From NCBI GenBank assembly GCA_963733035.1, contig CAVTBU010000008.1, positions 352,001-416,000 on the forward strand: a stretch of 64,000 nucleotides of DNA, given 5' to 3'. The notes beneath the pieces are model-generated. The model searched no databases and was not told the DNA's origin. It saw only the letters and a list, made by a program, of their open reading frames with translations. This document shows, piece after piece, positions 1 to 12,475 of the stretch (the first letter of the stretch is position 1; every line of letters begins with the position of its first letter). This DNA comes from Pirellulales bacterium (GTDB lineage Bacteria; Planctomycetota; Planctomycetia; Pirellulales; PALSA-1355). The position numbers were made by a program, and so were the translations under genes.

Positions 1-664
1 GCAATCGAGTCAGCTCGCCAAATTCAAGCCAACCTCGGTCGTCCGCTCGCGGAGATGATGACGCGGCTCTAGCCAAACCAGGCGGCATCCCTGGGTAGAC
101 CATCAATCCGCCCCAGGGGCGTTCCGGCTGATGTGCATAGTCCCATGCACCGGCGAGGTCGAGTTGCCCGTCGCCGTCGAGATCGTGCAAGCCAATTCCG
201 TAGTGCAAGGTGATCGGCCGCGGCTCACCGGCATTGAACCGCAACAGGTCGCCGGTGCCAATCGGGGGTACGCAGGGCCGAGGTTTCCAAGCCGGTCGTT
301 TGGCGGCGGCGCGAAAGCGAATCTCAAACGTTCGCGCTTTCGGGTCATGCGCAACCCATTGCACGCGTCCCCGATCACCAAACGAGAATTGGTCGTCAAG
401 CGACGATGGAACGCGCTTCGCGGTCGTTGCATCGAAGACCTCGACCGAATTCGGATCGAGGACTCCCACTACGCCGGCCTGCCGCAGTAACGCGCCGAAG
501 TCAATCTCGGGGTCGAGTGGCGTGTTGGGCCAACGCAACTCGTCCGCTACCTCGATCCCAATGCAATAGCAGCCCTGTGCACTGTCGTCGAATTCGCGCG
601 CCGCGGTCGATGAAACCCAACCAGACAGCAACAATGCGGCCGCCAACGCCCCGGGCACTCGCAT
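1..664 (-). CDS. Secreted FG-GAP/VCBS-repeat protein (partial, runs off window start)
   Basis: Hand-translated from ATG at 664: signal-like MRVPGALAAALLLSGWVSSTAA, later an FG-GAP-type motif HDLDGDGQLDLAG. Open to the window edge, so absent from the ORF track. Confidence 0.7.
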   Translation of the reverse strand, partial: MRVPGALAAALLLSGWVSSTAAREFDDSAQGCYCIGIEVADELRWPNTPLDPEIDFGALLRQAGVVGVLDPNSVEVFDATTAKRVPSSLDDQFSFGDRGRVQWVAHDPKARTFEIRFRAAAKRPAWKPRPCVPPIGTGDLLRFNAGEPRPITLHYGIGLHDLDGDGQLDLAGAWDYAHQPERPWGGLMVYPGMPPGLARAASSSPRADDRGWLEFGELTRL

Positions 665-1425
665 CAGGATTCCTCGCGTGGATCCGGCGAACTCAACAAA
701 TGCCGATTCTATCACGAGGTAGGTTCAACGAGCCACCGCCGAACCGTGCCAAACCGGGCCGGCATCCCCGGTGCGGGGTGTCGTCCACTAGCACAATGCG
801 GCGAGTAGCTCATCGGCTAGGGAATCGCTCGCGCCACTCGGAGATTCGTTCGATAGGTCCTCCCGACCCGGACTGTCACTCGACGCGTCGGATAGTCCGG
901 AATCCGCGTCCCCCGATCTCGCTGGCCGCCCGATTCCAGTACATCAAGTCCGCATCACGAGCCGCCGACAGCCGGCCGTTTCGGTTTACTGGCCGTTGAA
1001 CAAGCGCGGGCACCGGGCCAGTCGTCGCCGTCAAATCGGGCTAGACGAAACTGGCCGCGGTGCTCGCCGCCGGTGCGTCAGCGCTCTCCAGCGACGATAT
1101 CACGAATCGTCGCACACTGACGACCTGTGAGAATGTTTGCTTGGACTTTGTGGAAACGGTCGGAGAACTAAGCGTCTGCTTAACTGCAACCGACACATCG
1201 TCGCCGGGATGGCGATCAGCCGGGTGCGTCAAGCAACAAATCCATTTTTCACACCGCCCTATGAAGTACCTCATTGTTTTGTCTAGCAGCGTTCGGTTGT
1301 TTGTCCCCCGCGTGCCACACGCACCTCTTCAGCTCCACTGGATGACCGGTTAACTGGTCACGCGCTTCGCGATTCGTATGGCACGGCGGGGGCCACCGTG
1401 GGGACACCGCCACGGAATTTAAATA

Positions 1426-2542
1426 TTAGCGACGACCAAATCGCCGCGTGCCGGCAACGCTCATTGGCATCGCGGCGCCTCCGCCGTCACCTTCGCCACC
1501 ACCGTGAAAATCGGCGAAGGGAGGATGATGGTGGCCATGTCCGAAGCCAAAGTCTCGTTGATTGCCCAGGTCGAGCGTCGTCGTACCGCCCACGTTGGCC
1601 GTGTCAGCGACGGTTGCCGTGTCGTCTACATTCTTGCTCGTCACGAATAGATTGCCCTCGATGTCGCCGTCGTGCGTAAAGGTATTGCTGCCGTCTCCCA
1701 TTAGGACGTGAACGTTGCCTGAGACCACGGCGTCGGTGGTGAGTTGCACCGTGTCGTCGCCGGCACCGCCGTTGTAAAGGAGGTTGCCGTTGATTGTGCC
1801 CGCGTCGATGAGCTGGTTGTTACCGCCACCGAGCATGGCATTGACCAAGCGGCCGATCTGCGCCAGCCTGCAGCTGCAGGGTATCGTCGCCGGACCCGCC
1901 GCGCGTCATCAGCACGCCGTCGATCTGGCCCGTGATCGTCAACTGATTATTACCGTCTCCCAAGTTGATGCCGGCGCCTCTGGCAATGGTCGCCGTCGCG
2001 CTGACTTCCACAGTGTCGTCACCGGCGCCGGCGTTGACGAACAAACCGCGTCCGATGGTCCCGTCGATAAACAAGGAATCGTCGCCGTCGCCAAGGTTTG
2101 CGAAGACGCTCTGCGTGACGGCCGTTGTATCGGCAATCGTAACGCTATCGTTTCCCGATCCGCCTACGTATTTCACGCTTTTGGCAACCGTGCCATCCGA
2201 GAGCGTGAACGAGTTGGTCCCGTCTCCCAGATCGACCATGACACGATCGACTGTGCCAGCCCCCAGATCGATTGCCAGCGAGTTGTCTGGCGCGCCACTG
2301 GCATCGTCGAGTTTTACCTTGATATTTCCGGTGATGCCGGTAGCAGTTTGCACTAGTACCCCGTTATCGTAGATATCAAACGTGCCCGCGCTGTCGGTCG
2401 CCGTAACCTCAACGGCGCCGTCGGCGGTGCCGGTCAGCGACAAATCACTGCCATTAATGGCCACCGAAACCGTGAGAAGCTGCCGGGCTTCAAGCGTTTC
2501 GCATCCCCAAAAACCCCTTCGCTGTGCCAATTTTCTCGACAT
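1426..2542 (-). CDS. Planctomycete extracellular (LExR-motif) protein with Gly/Asp-rich beta-roll-like repeats; frameshifted near 1860
   Basis: N-terminal CETLEARQLLT motif and repeated xGxGDD/GDGNN units across ORFs 1820-2542 and 1426-1848, which join at ...LQAG/QIGRLVNAMLGGG. GGAGG RBS upstream. Confidence 0.75.
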
Positions 2543-2795
2543 TGTCCACCTCCAGGTAGTCTCGTTCCGACCCCGCCTCTCTCACTATGGGGAGAATTGG
2601 GCAACAAAAAGTCACACTTTTATTTGATGAAAATCGCATGAGCAATTTTTACGCGGGGAGGTAGGAAAGCCCCGATCGAAGCATCTTTCTTGTTTGCCGC
2701 CCCAGCAGTATCATGGAACATGGCCGCGGAACAGATCGCACACCTCACACGGCGGCCGTGCATCCACTCTTCACCTCTGAAGACGGTGCCGAGTC

Positions 2796-3446
2796 ATGAT
2801 GAACGACCGTAGCGTCGCAACAAGCGGCGCCCGACATAGCGACGTCGAACGACTGCTCCACGCGGCACAAGCTGGCGATGCGGAGCCAGTTGGACGTTTG
2901 TTGTCCCTCTATCGCAACTATCTGCTGGTGTTAGCCACCACGCAATTCGATCGACGCCTGCGCCGGCGTTTGAATCCCTCGGATCTGGTGCAAGATGCGA
3001 TGCTGGCGGCGCATCGCGACTTCAAACAATTCAATGGCCAAGGAGAGCGCCAGTTTCTCGCCTGGTTGCGGCAAATCCTCATCAACTGTCTGCATCGCGC
3101 GGTCGAGACGCATTTGAAAACCAAGATGCGCGACATGCGCTGCGAAATCTCGCTCGATCAAGTCAATGCCGCGCTCGACCGCTCGGCCGTGAATCTCGCC
3201 GACATCTTGGCCGACGACGCGCCGTCGCCCAGCGCCCCACTGCACGCCAAGGAACGCGCGGTGGATGTCGCGAATCAACTTGCGCAGCTCCGCCCTCGCT
3301 ATCGAGAAGTCATCATCATGCGAAATCTGCAAGGGCTCTCGTTCGACGAAATCGCCGAACGCTTGGATCGCAATCCAGGTGCCGTGCGGATGTTGTGGTT
3401 GCGGGCCATCGGCCGTTTGAAACAAGCCGCCCAAGCGGACGTCTAA
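2796..3446 (+). CDS. ECF RNA polymerase sigma factor, planctomycete type
   Basis: Region 2 PSDLVQD...FLAWLRQIL and region 4 YREVIIMRNLQGLSFDEIAERLDRNPGAVRMLWLRA; ends 1 bp before the kinase start. Confidence 0.9.
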   Translation: MMNDRSVATSGARHSDVERLLHAAQAGDAEPVGRLLSLYRNYLLVLATTQFDRRLRRRLNPSDLVQDAMLAAHRDFKQFNGQGERQFLAWLRQILINCLHRAVETHLKTKMRDMRCEISLDQVNAALDRSAVNLADILADDAPSPSAPLHAKERAVDVANQLAQLRPRYREVIIMRNLQGLSFDEIAERLDRNPGAVRMLWLRAIGRLKQAAQADV

Positions 3447-3447
3447 A

Positions 3448-6392
3448 ATGCTCGAATCAAAGCCTAGCCGTTGCGATTTCTCCGAGAGCGTCCATTCTTC
3501 GACCTTGGCCGCCTTGACGCGCGAGCAACAGCACCGCTTGAGCGAAATCCTCGACGACTACCTGCGGGCGTTGGACACCGGCGTTCCGCCGGCTCCCGAA
3601 GACTTGTTGACCGCGCACCCGGACCTGGCCACCGTGCTCGAACCCTACTTGGAGAGTCTGGTGGGCCTGCACGACGTCGCCGCGGCCTTTGGCGGCGGCG
3701 CGTCCAACTCGGTAGCCCCGACGGCTGCGAGCAACGAGAAGCGCCTCGGCGACTATGTGTTGCTGAACGAAATCGGTCGCGGCGGCATGGGAATCGTCTA
3801 CGAAGCTCGACAGGTATCCCTTTCGCGGCGAGTGGCCCTCAAGGTATTGCCGTTTGCCGCCGTGCTCGATGCTCGCCAGATCGCCCGCTTCAAGAACGAG
3901 GCCCAGGCGGCGGCCCAATTGCAGCATCCCAATATCGTGCCGGTATATGCGGTCGGGATGGAACGAGGCGTCCACTACTACGCCATGCAGTTCATCGACG
4001 GACAGCCGCTCGATCGGGCGATCGCTCAGTTGCGAACGATTGCCGACAATCCACCGACAGGTTCTTCTCCGGTCACGGAATTGCACCACCAGGACGCCAC
4101 GCCCGACGCCAACCAATCGACAATCAGCTGGCATCGGGAGAATTCGTTTCTGTCTACGAAGTGGACGTCGCGGCGGGAGTACTTCGAGACCGTCATGCGG
4201 CTGGGCATTCAAGCGGGCGATGCATTGCATGCGGCACACAGCTACGGAGTGGTGCACCGCGACATTAAGCCCTCGAATCTCCTTCTCGATGGAACCGGCA
4301 AGCTGTGGGTAACCGACTTCGGATTGGCCCGCTTTCAAACCGATCTCAGTTTGACGCAAACCGGCGATGTCGTTGGCACGCGACAATACATGAGCCCCGA
4401 GCAGGCGCTGAGGACAGGCGGCGCTGGTCGATCAACGTACGGACGTCTATTCACTGGGCGCCACGCTGTATGAGCTGTTAACTCTTCGTCCGGCGTTCGA
4501 AGCCGACAATGGCACCACGCTCCTGCGCCGCATCGACCAGCAGGAACCGACGCAGATCCGCAAGTTGCAGCCACAGGTGCCTGTCGATTTGGAGACCGTC
4601 GTGGCCAAGGCCATGGCCCGCGAACGTGACGAACGCTACCTGACGGCTCAGGAGTTGGCCGACGACCTGCGACGGCTGCTCGAGGGTCGACCGCCCGTGG
4701 CGCAGCGGCCGACGCTACTCGATCGCTGCACGAAACTGGCTCGGCGCCATCGACGGGCCGTCGTGCTGAGCATGGCCGCCGCCACCGTGGCAATCGTCGC
4801 CCTGTCGATCGGCATGCTGCTGATCAGTCAGGCCAAAACCCGAGCCGAGCACGACTACGCCCGGGCCGAAAGCTATTTGCGTCAGGCACAGGACACGGTC
4901 GATCTTTTCGGATCGCGCTTTGCCGAGCGACTGGGACAAGTACCCGGTGCCGAGCAGGTACGCCGCGAGGTGCTGGCCGAAACGCTGGCTTACTACCAGA
5001 AGTTTGTCGAGCAAGCCGGCGACAATCCCGAGCTGCGGGCCGATCTGGCCACGACCTATGGCAAAATCGGTTCGCTGAACGACCAGATGGGAATGTCGGC
5101 AGAGGCGATTGCCGCGCATCAAAATGCCGTCGATTTGTCGCGTCAGCTCGCTGACGAGCAGCCAAAATCGATTGAATACCGCGGACAATTGGCCGTGGCC
5201 GAGAATAATCTGGCATTGGCTCTCGGTCACGCGCGTCGCGGCGATGAGGCACGCCGTGCGCTCGCGAGCGCGATTGACCTGCAAGAAGAGCTGCTTGCCG
5301 AACGTCCGAACGTACCGCGGCATCGTATTGAATTGGCCCTCTCGCACAACAATCTCGGCGCCCAACTGCGGGACACCAATGACGCGGAACAGGCGGCGGC
5401 CGAATTTCACGAGGCGATTCGCCTGGGCGAAGAGGTAACCAAGGCGCATCCTGACAACACCACCGCAGCACGCAATCTCGCGGCCGCTTTCAACAATCTC
5501 GCAGCGCTCGACCGCGGAACGAACCAGGCCGAATCGATCTCCTTGTATCGCCGGGCGGCCGATTTGCAACGCCGCGCCGTCGATGCACATCCCGGTGAAC
5601 TCAAGTACCAAAGTGAGCTGGCGACAACGCTCAACAATCTTGGGGCGGCGCAGGCTCGTGGCAATCAATTGTCTGAAGCCACCGCTACCTATCGCCACGC
5701 AATCGACATCGAAAAGGACGTCCTGCGGATCGTTCCACTTGATCGCAAATTCCGTCGCGACCTGGCAGTGACATACAACAACCTGGGTCTGACGCACGCC
5801 AGGCTGCACCAACCAGAAGCGGCACAAACCTGCTTTCACAATGCATTGGGATTTCAACAGCAGCTCGTTGCCGAACAGCCGGGCGACTTGGATATGCAGA
5901 GCAGTCTGGGTGGATTGCACAACAATCTGGGTATTGTGCTCGAAGGCTGGGGCCGCCACCAGCCGGCCGCCGACAGCTTTGCCAAGGCGATCGAGCATCA
6001 ACGGGCGGCCTTCGACGGTGCGCCAGGCGTCGAGCGCTATCGCACTTTTCTCAGCAAACATTACTATAATTACGGCCGCGCGCTGCGATCGCTCGGCCAG
6101 GCGGATGCGGCTTTGGACGCCGCGCTGCGCCGCAAGGAGTTGTGGCCCGACGATCCACAACGGTTGTTGTCCGTTGCCGAGGAATTGGCGCTTGCCGGTA
6201 AACTAGCGCGTTCCAGTGGAGTCGCCCAAGGCGATGGTCGCCAAGTGCGACCGTGCAACGATTGCGACGCTCCGCAAGGCGGTTGCTGCCGGGCTCGACA
6301 CGACCGCTTACGACCATCGCGAGGCATTCACCGACCTCAAGAATCACCCAGACTTTGCCAAGCTGGCATTTGTTGATGCAACCAGGGAGTAG
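3448..6392 (+). CDS. Membrane Ser/Thr protein kinase with TPR repeats; two frameshifts (~4411, ~6220)
   Basis: IGRGGMGIVY, VALK, HRDIKPSN, DFGLA, YMSPEQ. Removing one base at ~4411 gives GQAALVDQRTDVYSLGATLYELL. TM segment then xNNLG TPR repeats. The typical C-terminus LRKAVAAG...HPDFAKL lies in a shifted frame ending TAG 6390-6392. Confidence 0.85.
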
Positions 6393-6396
6393 CGTC

Positions 6397-7866
6397 ATGA
6401 GTGTTCGCCCATCGAAACAAAGCAGGACCGCCACCCGCAAGGCGAATCGTCGTTTGGCGCTCGAACCTCTGGGCATGCGTGTCGTATTGTCAGCCGCTGG
6501 GATCGGCCCTCCGCCAATCGATACGGATTTTGCAGAGGTCACCGCGCGTGAGATCGACCGCACTTTCATCGCCATCGACAATTCAGTCCAGCTGAACGCC
6601 GTGTCGGGTCTTGCCGGCAATGCCAGTGGCGAATATGTCGTTGGGGACGTCGATCTGTCGCACTACCCGGGCGACCGTCACGAGTCGTTGGCCCCTACGT
6701 ATGGCAATCCTGGCCTGCCGTACCAATCCCTCGAATCGTTCTCGCTCGCAGCATCGCAAGCGCTGGCCGCGGCCGGAGCCTTTGGCACAAATCTGGTGCT
6801 CGGTCCGTCGTCCGTTTTGACGATTGTGATTGGCGCTCCGTCGAGCCCGCTGGCGCAACCGTTGGTCTACGACAATGATGCCCCCGCCATGCCGCACAAT
6901 TGGCAGTCAACTCCGTCGGCGGGCGGCCCGTTCGCAAGCTACGCTGCTCCACCATCAACGCCCGACCGCATCGTACCAGTGCAGCCCCAGACGGCCGACG
7001 TACGTGCGGCGGCACCGCCCGTCGATACATCGCGACTCGTCGGATGGCTACCCAGTTTCATCCAGACGGCAACCGTCCAAGTCAGTGCCGCCAACGCCAG
7101 CAGCAGTACTTGGTCCGCCATGACGTCTCCGTTTGACAGTTCCTACGACACCCCGGCGCAGTCCAAGACCACGCTCGTTCCAAATCGCTGGGAGACACTC
7201 GAAACCGATGAGGAAGGAGGCCTCATCGAACTTGAAGAACCGTTGGCCCAACAGCGCAATTGGCGACTGCAGGAAGATCGCAATGCCGGTGATCAGGCGT
7301 CGGAGGAACCTGCTAGTCCGGCCGACCTGAAGACACTCCTCGAGCAATTGTGGTCAGGCTGGGGCAAGGCCTGGGATGCGTTCGGCAACCTGGCTCAAAC
7401 CAGACAAGCGGCTGAATCGGCCGCTGCTTCGAACGAGGCAGTCGCAACCGCTACCGAAATCGCCGCCAAGGGAATCGACGTCGAACTTATGGACGGGATG
7501 ATCGAATTGGCGGCTGAAGGTCCGACCGGCACCGTATCGACCCAAGCGCATGTGGCGGAGATGCCCGCTGGCGACGGCGGTAAGGTTCGCATGGACGCCG
7601 GCCTGGCGTTGTATCAGGAGTTCGAATTGGCCACGGCGCCCGATGCGGTGCCGCCCGCGACTGCCGCCAACGTTCAGCCTCGGGATGGAGAATCGTCCCC
7701 TGAGAAGAGCGCCAAAGCAGAGGACACCGAACAGCGTCCACGCTCGGCTGCCTTGGTCGGCGCGGGACTGTTGGCGAGTATTCCGTTCTCTCTACATCGC
7801 ATTCGGCGGCAGGATGACGATGACGCGCAGCGCCGTTTGCGGCTTAACCTCGAGCGGCTCGACTAA
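6397..7866 (+). CDS. Putative extracellular protein with degenerate LExR motif and hydrophobic/basic C-terminal tail
   Basis: ATG 6397 just after the kinase stop; RRLALEPLGMRVVLS; low-complexity Ala/Pro/Ser/Glu body; C-terminal AALVGAGLLASIPFSLHRIRR. Confidence 0.6.
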   Translation: MSVRPSKQSRTATRKANRRLALEPLGMRVVLSAAGIGPPPIDTDFAEVTAREIDRTFIAIDNSVQLNAVSGLAGNASGEYVVGDVDLSHYPGDRHESLAPTYGNPGLPYQSLESFSLAASQALAAAGAFGTNLVLGPSSVLTIVIGAPSSPLAQPLVYDNDAPAMPHNWQSTPSAGGPFASYAAPPSTPDRIVPVQPQTADVRAAAPPVDTSRLVGWLPSFIQTATVQVSAANASSSTWSAMTSPFDSSYDTPAQSKTTLVPNRWETLETDEEGGLIELEEPLAQQRNWRLQEDRNAGDQASEEPASPADLKTLLEQLWSGWGKAWDAFGNLAQTRQAAESAAASNEAVATATEIAAKGIDVELMDGMIELAAEGPTGTVSTQAHVAEMPAGDGGKVRMDAGLALYQEFELATAPDAVPPATAANVQPRDGESSPEKSAKAEDTEQRPRSAALVGAGLLASIPFSLHRIRRQDDDDAQRRLRLNLERLD

Positions 7867-8097
7867 CAGCCGCAAGCTCTGTCGTGCGACGAAACTCCGC
7901 ACCGAACGATTCCCGCTGCGCGGCGGGCACATCCGGACTACTACGTCGTCTTGCCGGCCGTGAGGTACGCAGTTTTCCGCGAGGCCGCCAAAACAGGCCA
8001 CGATTCACGCCGCGATCGCCCGTGATGGAGCTGTGAGTATCGTGGTCTTACAATGAAACGGCCTGGTTCACGCACGCCTCACCTGGGAGACACCGTC

Positions 8098-9063
8098 GTG
8101 ACGGAAATCAATCGCCGCGAGTTTGTGGGCTATTCACTAGGAATCAGTGCGACGGTTGCTGTCGGCCTCAAGCCGGCGGTTGCCGACGACGCCGTGACGC
8201 GATCCGGCGACACCGCTTCGCCAACGTATGTGGCCTTTACCGAGAGCTTTCAAAGCTGGCCGATTCCCGAAGTGTGCCGAAAGTTCAAGGACATCGGCCT
8301 CGACGGCCTCGACCTGACCGTCCGGCCTGGCGGCCACATCGAGCCGGCCGACGCGGCGAAGAAGCTGCCACAGGCCGTCAAGGCCGCACGCGACGAGGGT
8401 GTTCGAATCGCAATGCTCTCGACCGCGATTGTCGATGCCGATCCGACGGCGGAAGAACTCGTGGCCACGGCCGGAGCCCTGGGCATCGACCGGATCAAAC
8501 TCGGCTACTATCGCTATACCCAGTTCGGCAAACTCGCCCGACAGATTGACGCCGCCAAGACCCGACTTGCCGGCGTCGCCCGGATGGCTGCCCGCCATGG
8601 CGTGCTTCCATGCGTACACATTCACTCCGGCGACACGATTCCCAGCGGCGGCGCGGTGGCTTATCTGCTGCTCAAGGATTTCGCTCCTCACGACCTAGGA
8701 GCCTATGTCGATCCAATGCACATGACCGTTGAAGGAGGCAACGACGGCTGGCGCCAGGGGCTCGATCTGTTGGCTCCCTGGATCGCAATATCCTCGCTCA
8801 AAAACTGCCAATGGATCACTACAGGACGCGACAAGAGCGGCCAGATGCGTTGGAAGTTTCAGAAGTGCCCACTGGCCGACGGCATTGCAAACCTCCCGGA
8901 CTACCTCGCTCGTGTACGCGAGCTCGGTTACCGTGGCCTGTTCACGCTGCACAGCGAATACTGCGATGGCAACAGCTGGAAAATCCTGAGCCCCGACGAG
9001 TGTCTGGAGCAAACGCGGCGAGATCTGGAGTTTGTGAAGGGGCTTGACGCGGCTTCGACATGA
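8098..9063 (+). CDS. Tat-exported sugar phosphate isomerase/epimerase (xylose isomerase-like TIM barrel)
   Basis: NRREFVG twin-arginine signal; GLDGLDLTVRPGGH, HIHSG, DPMH, LHSEY motifs; GTG start with GGAG RBS. Confidence 0.8.
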   Translation: MTEINRREFVGYSLGISATVAVGLKPAVADDAVTRSGDTASPTYVAFTESFQSWPIPEVCRKFKDIGLDGLDLTVRPGGHIEPADAAKKLPQAVKAARDEGVRIAMLSTAIVDADPTAEELVATAGALGIDRIKLGYYRYTQFGKLARQIDAAKTRLAGVARMAARHGVLPCVHIHSGDTIPSGGAVAYLLLKDFAPHDLGAYVDPMHMTVEGGNDGWRQGLDLLAPWIAISSLKNCQWITTGRDKSGQMRWKFQKCPLADGIANLPDYLARVRELGYRGLFTLHSEYCDGNSWKILSPDECLEQTRRDLEFVKGLDAAST

Positions 9064-9186
9064 ACTCCGCCGGCAAGGTTTGCGCCGCGGAACGTTGAAT
9101 AGCACGTCACACGTCCCGCACCGGGAGCCGGTCGGCTCACTTCCTCTAAATGCTTGCCACGACGCAGTCTCGCGACGGTGCCACCG

Positions 9187-12100
9187 TTATTCATCACGCA
9201 CGCCGCTAAAGATCGTGACCAAGGCGGTTCCAGTCTCGTGCGCGGCCAGCCGCAGTCCGTCGGCGTACGTGTGCGGCACGTTGACCATCTCGCTGTTGGG
9301 GGCACTCATGGCTGCCAGACTGCGACCGTCGGCAGTGAATCTCAGCTTCAGAAACCTTCCCGTCGGAACGGTAAGCGCTGCAACCTCCTGGCCGCTGGCG
9401 ATGTTCCAAAGAAAAACCCGACGATCGCCGCAGCAGGTGGCCAAAGTCTTGCCGTCGGAGGAAAACGTGGCTTGGTGCACCGTTTCCGGGTGACGCAAGC
9501 TGGCATGAGTTCGGCCGGAAACATCGCGGACTTCAACAACAAATGAACCGACCGAGTAGGCCACCAACTTGGCATCATTGGAAATTGCCAACGAGTGGTC
9601 GGTCGATGCGAGTTTGCGCAGTCGCGGCACCCGGCTGCTGCACGACCCAACTCGCTTCACCCGAATGGCTCCGATCGACCAGCAGGCTTCGATCGTCGCT
9701 AGAAAGCTGGTAGATCGAAGGACGAAACGGAATGTCGCCCGTCGCGCTGGCTCGTGGCAGCCAGTACCATTGGCGTCCGCTAGCGGTATCGGTGAAGTTC
9801 GTTCCATTTTCATGCTCTGAGATCAAGTAACGCCCCAAAAGCCTCAATGCGTATGTCTTGCGGTCCGGTAGCCGATGGGTCCGGACGGACTTCCAGTTTT
9901 CCACGTCCCATTCATCGACGCTTGCAGCGTCCGTCACGCTGGCTCCAAACAGAACTGGTCGGTCCGCAAGAAAATGCAGATCGCGGACGATGTTCTTCAC
10001 CGTTAAGGTGCCGCGCAGTTCGCCGTCGCTCACGCGAAAAACTTGCACCACCTCCGGTTGAGCGAGAATTGCCAGGTACCGCCCGTCCCGCGAGAAGGTC
10101 AGGGGCGCGTAGGAGATTTCCTGAGCCGGAATGCACAATTCGGCGGAAATGGTCTTTCGATCGGATGGCTCTTGGTTCCAAAGCTTCACGGTGCCATCAA
10201 AACTGGCGCTGGCCAGTTGATCCCCCAGTGGTGAAAAGGCCAACGTCTGCACTCGTCCGGTATGTCCGGAGAGAGTTTGCAAGGATATGTTTTGGTCCGT
10301 ATTCCACAGTCGAATGACCCCATCGGCACCGCCAGACGCAAAAACTGCACCATCGGGAGAGAATGCCACGGCGTCCACGTTGCCCGATGGGCCTGGCAAC
10401 ACGACCCGTCTTGCTCCACTCAATTCGGTCCGCATCACAAAGTCACGAAGCCCGAAGCAAACCTGACCGCCAGGTGAAACAGCCACGGACCAAACATTAT
10501 CATACGATTGGACGGTCTCCGGCTGCGACACTCCGGCATCCGCGGCGGATGCCTTACCGGCCTTCCCCGTTCTAAGTAAGATTCGACCGTCCGGCGACCA
10601 GGCCATTCCGTTCACGTCTCCCGGAACATCAATCAGGCGCGACACTTGGCGCGCCTTCAGGTCCCAAATCTGAATGTGCGGCCCGCGCCCACCGGCCGCT
10701 AGACGCGTTGCGTCCGTCGGGCAAAACGCCAGGCAGTGCACCTCGTTGAGATCCCCCTCCAGCGTGGCGACTAGGTCCAGGGTTTTGGCATCCCAGAGTC
10801 TTATCCGGCGATCACAACTTGCGCTAGCCAGCAATTGTCCGTCGGGCGAATAAGCCAGCATGTTGACGCAACTGTCGTGCGCCTTGAAGGTACGCCGCAA
10901 TCGACCGTTGTCTGCGTCCCAAAGCCGGATCGTGCCGTCGTCGCCGCCGGAGAGCACCCTTTTTCCGTCGGGAGAGAATACCACCGCATATACTTCACCA
11001 GCATGTCCGCTAAGCGTCAGCCGTTCGCCGTGCAGCCGCCGCATCAGCAAGTACCATTCAAATCCCCGCAATCGTGCTTCCGGTGCGCCGGTCCGGTAAT
11101 AGTCCAGATTCTGTCTGGCCAGAATCAGTTCCCCCTGGTCAATGGCAAGGCTAGCGGAATGCATACGAGAGGCATACAAGAATTGATTGGCTACTGCCGT
11201 TTGCCGCTCCGACTCAAGCGCGCTACGGCGCGCTTGCCGACTCGCGTCGCGGAGGTTCGCGATATAGACGGCCGTCATTACGATCATCGCCAGTGCCGCG
11301 GCATTACTGACGGCTAAAAGTCCGGCCAGCGCGGGTCGGCGGCGCATCCATTTAAGCATTCGCCGTCCGCTGCTGGCAGGCCGAGCTGTGGTGGGCATCC
11401 CCGCTAGATATCGACGCAGGTCGGCAGCCAACGCACCTGCCGTCGAATACCGCTTGTGAGGACTCTTCTCCAGACACTTCAAACAGATCGCTTCCAGATC
11501 CCTCGGCACGCTCAACCCCAAGCGGCGGAGACGAACCGGTTCATCGTTGATCACATGGTGCAGCGTCTGTATGTCGTTCTCGCCCGAGAAAACCGGCTGG
11601 TGGCACAGCAGCTCATACAGGATCGTTCCCAAACCGTAAATGTCGGTCGCAGGACTGATCTGTCGCGTATTGCCGGCGGCCTGCTCCGGGGCCATGTACG
11701 CAGGGGTACCGACAAACGCGCCGCTCCGCGTTTCAAACTGTGCCACCTCGTCGAGTTTCGCCAGCCCGAAGTCGATCAACTTCGGGTGATAGGCTGCCAG
11801 ATTGGCGCGGTCCGGCTCGCCCGCGATCGTCGGTTCGAGCAGCACGTTCGCGGGCTTCAGGTCGCGATGCAGCACGCCACGCTGATGGGCAAACTCCACG
11901 GCATCGGCCAGCGCAGCGGTGAAAGCGGCGGCAACCCGCCCGTCCAGCGGCGTGGGATGCTCCTGCAGCCAAGCGGCCAGCGAATTGCCCGGCACATATT
12001 CGTTGGCAATCCAAATCCGCAATCCGGTCTCGCCCAGTTCGTGAACGCCAACAATATGCGGATGCTCTAATCGGGCTGCTGCCTTCGCCTCGCGTAGGAA

Positions 12101-12475
12101 TCGCTCGCGAAGCTCTCTCGAGAGGATCGCTTCGGGCCGCTGCACCTTGAGCGCGACGTCACGAGCCAAATGTTCGTCTCGCGCGAGATATACGATACCG
12201 AAGCCGCCTCGCCCCAACTCTCGCACGACTTTGAACCGACCGATGAATTCGGGTACGTCGCTATTGAGTGGCCGTGCATGCGGCCAGATTTCTTCCAGCA
12301 GCAGCACGCACTCCTGCGCTTCGGAAAGCCGATGGCGGTCAGGCTCGGACATGGTCGATGACTGCTCGTCCGGATGAACGGTAGACGGATCGCCCCCTGC
12401 CAGCCGGGTTTCAAATTCGGCCAGCAGGGCGGCTAGTTCATCGTCGTTGCGATCACTCTCGATCATGCACGTCAC
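9187..12475 (-). CDS. Ser/Thr protein kinase with WD40 repeats; frameshift near 9600-9640
   Basis: LGRGGFGIVY, HRDLKPAN, DFGLA, GTPAYMAPEQ; TM segment; multiple GH...FSPDG...D.TIRLWD repeats. The last WD40 repeats continue in ORF 9187-9813. Confidence 0.85.

Noticed and set aside
1041..1274. 77-aa minus-strand ORF in the gap between two secreted-protein genes
   Set aside because: No recognisable motif or RBS; cannot be distinguished from a chance ORF.
4715..6160. Long antisense ORFs (this one and many others in the track)
   Set aside because: Shadow ORFs opposite well-supported genes, expected in high-GC DNA.
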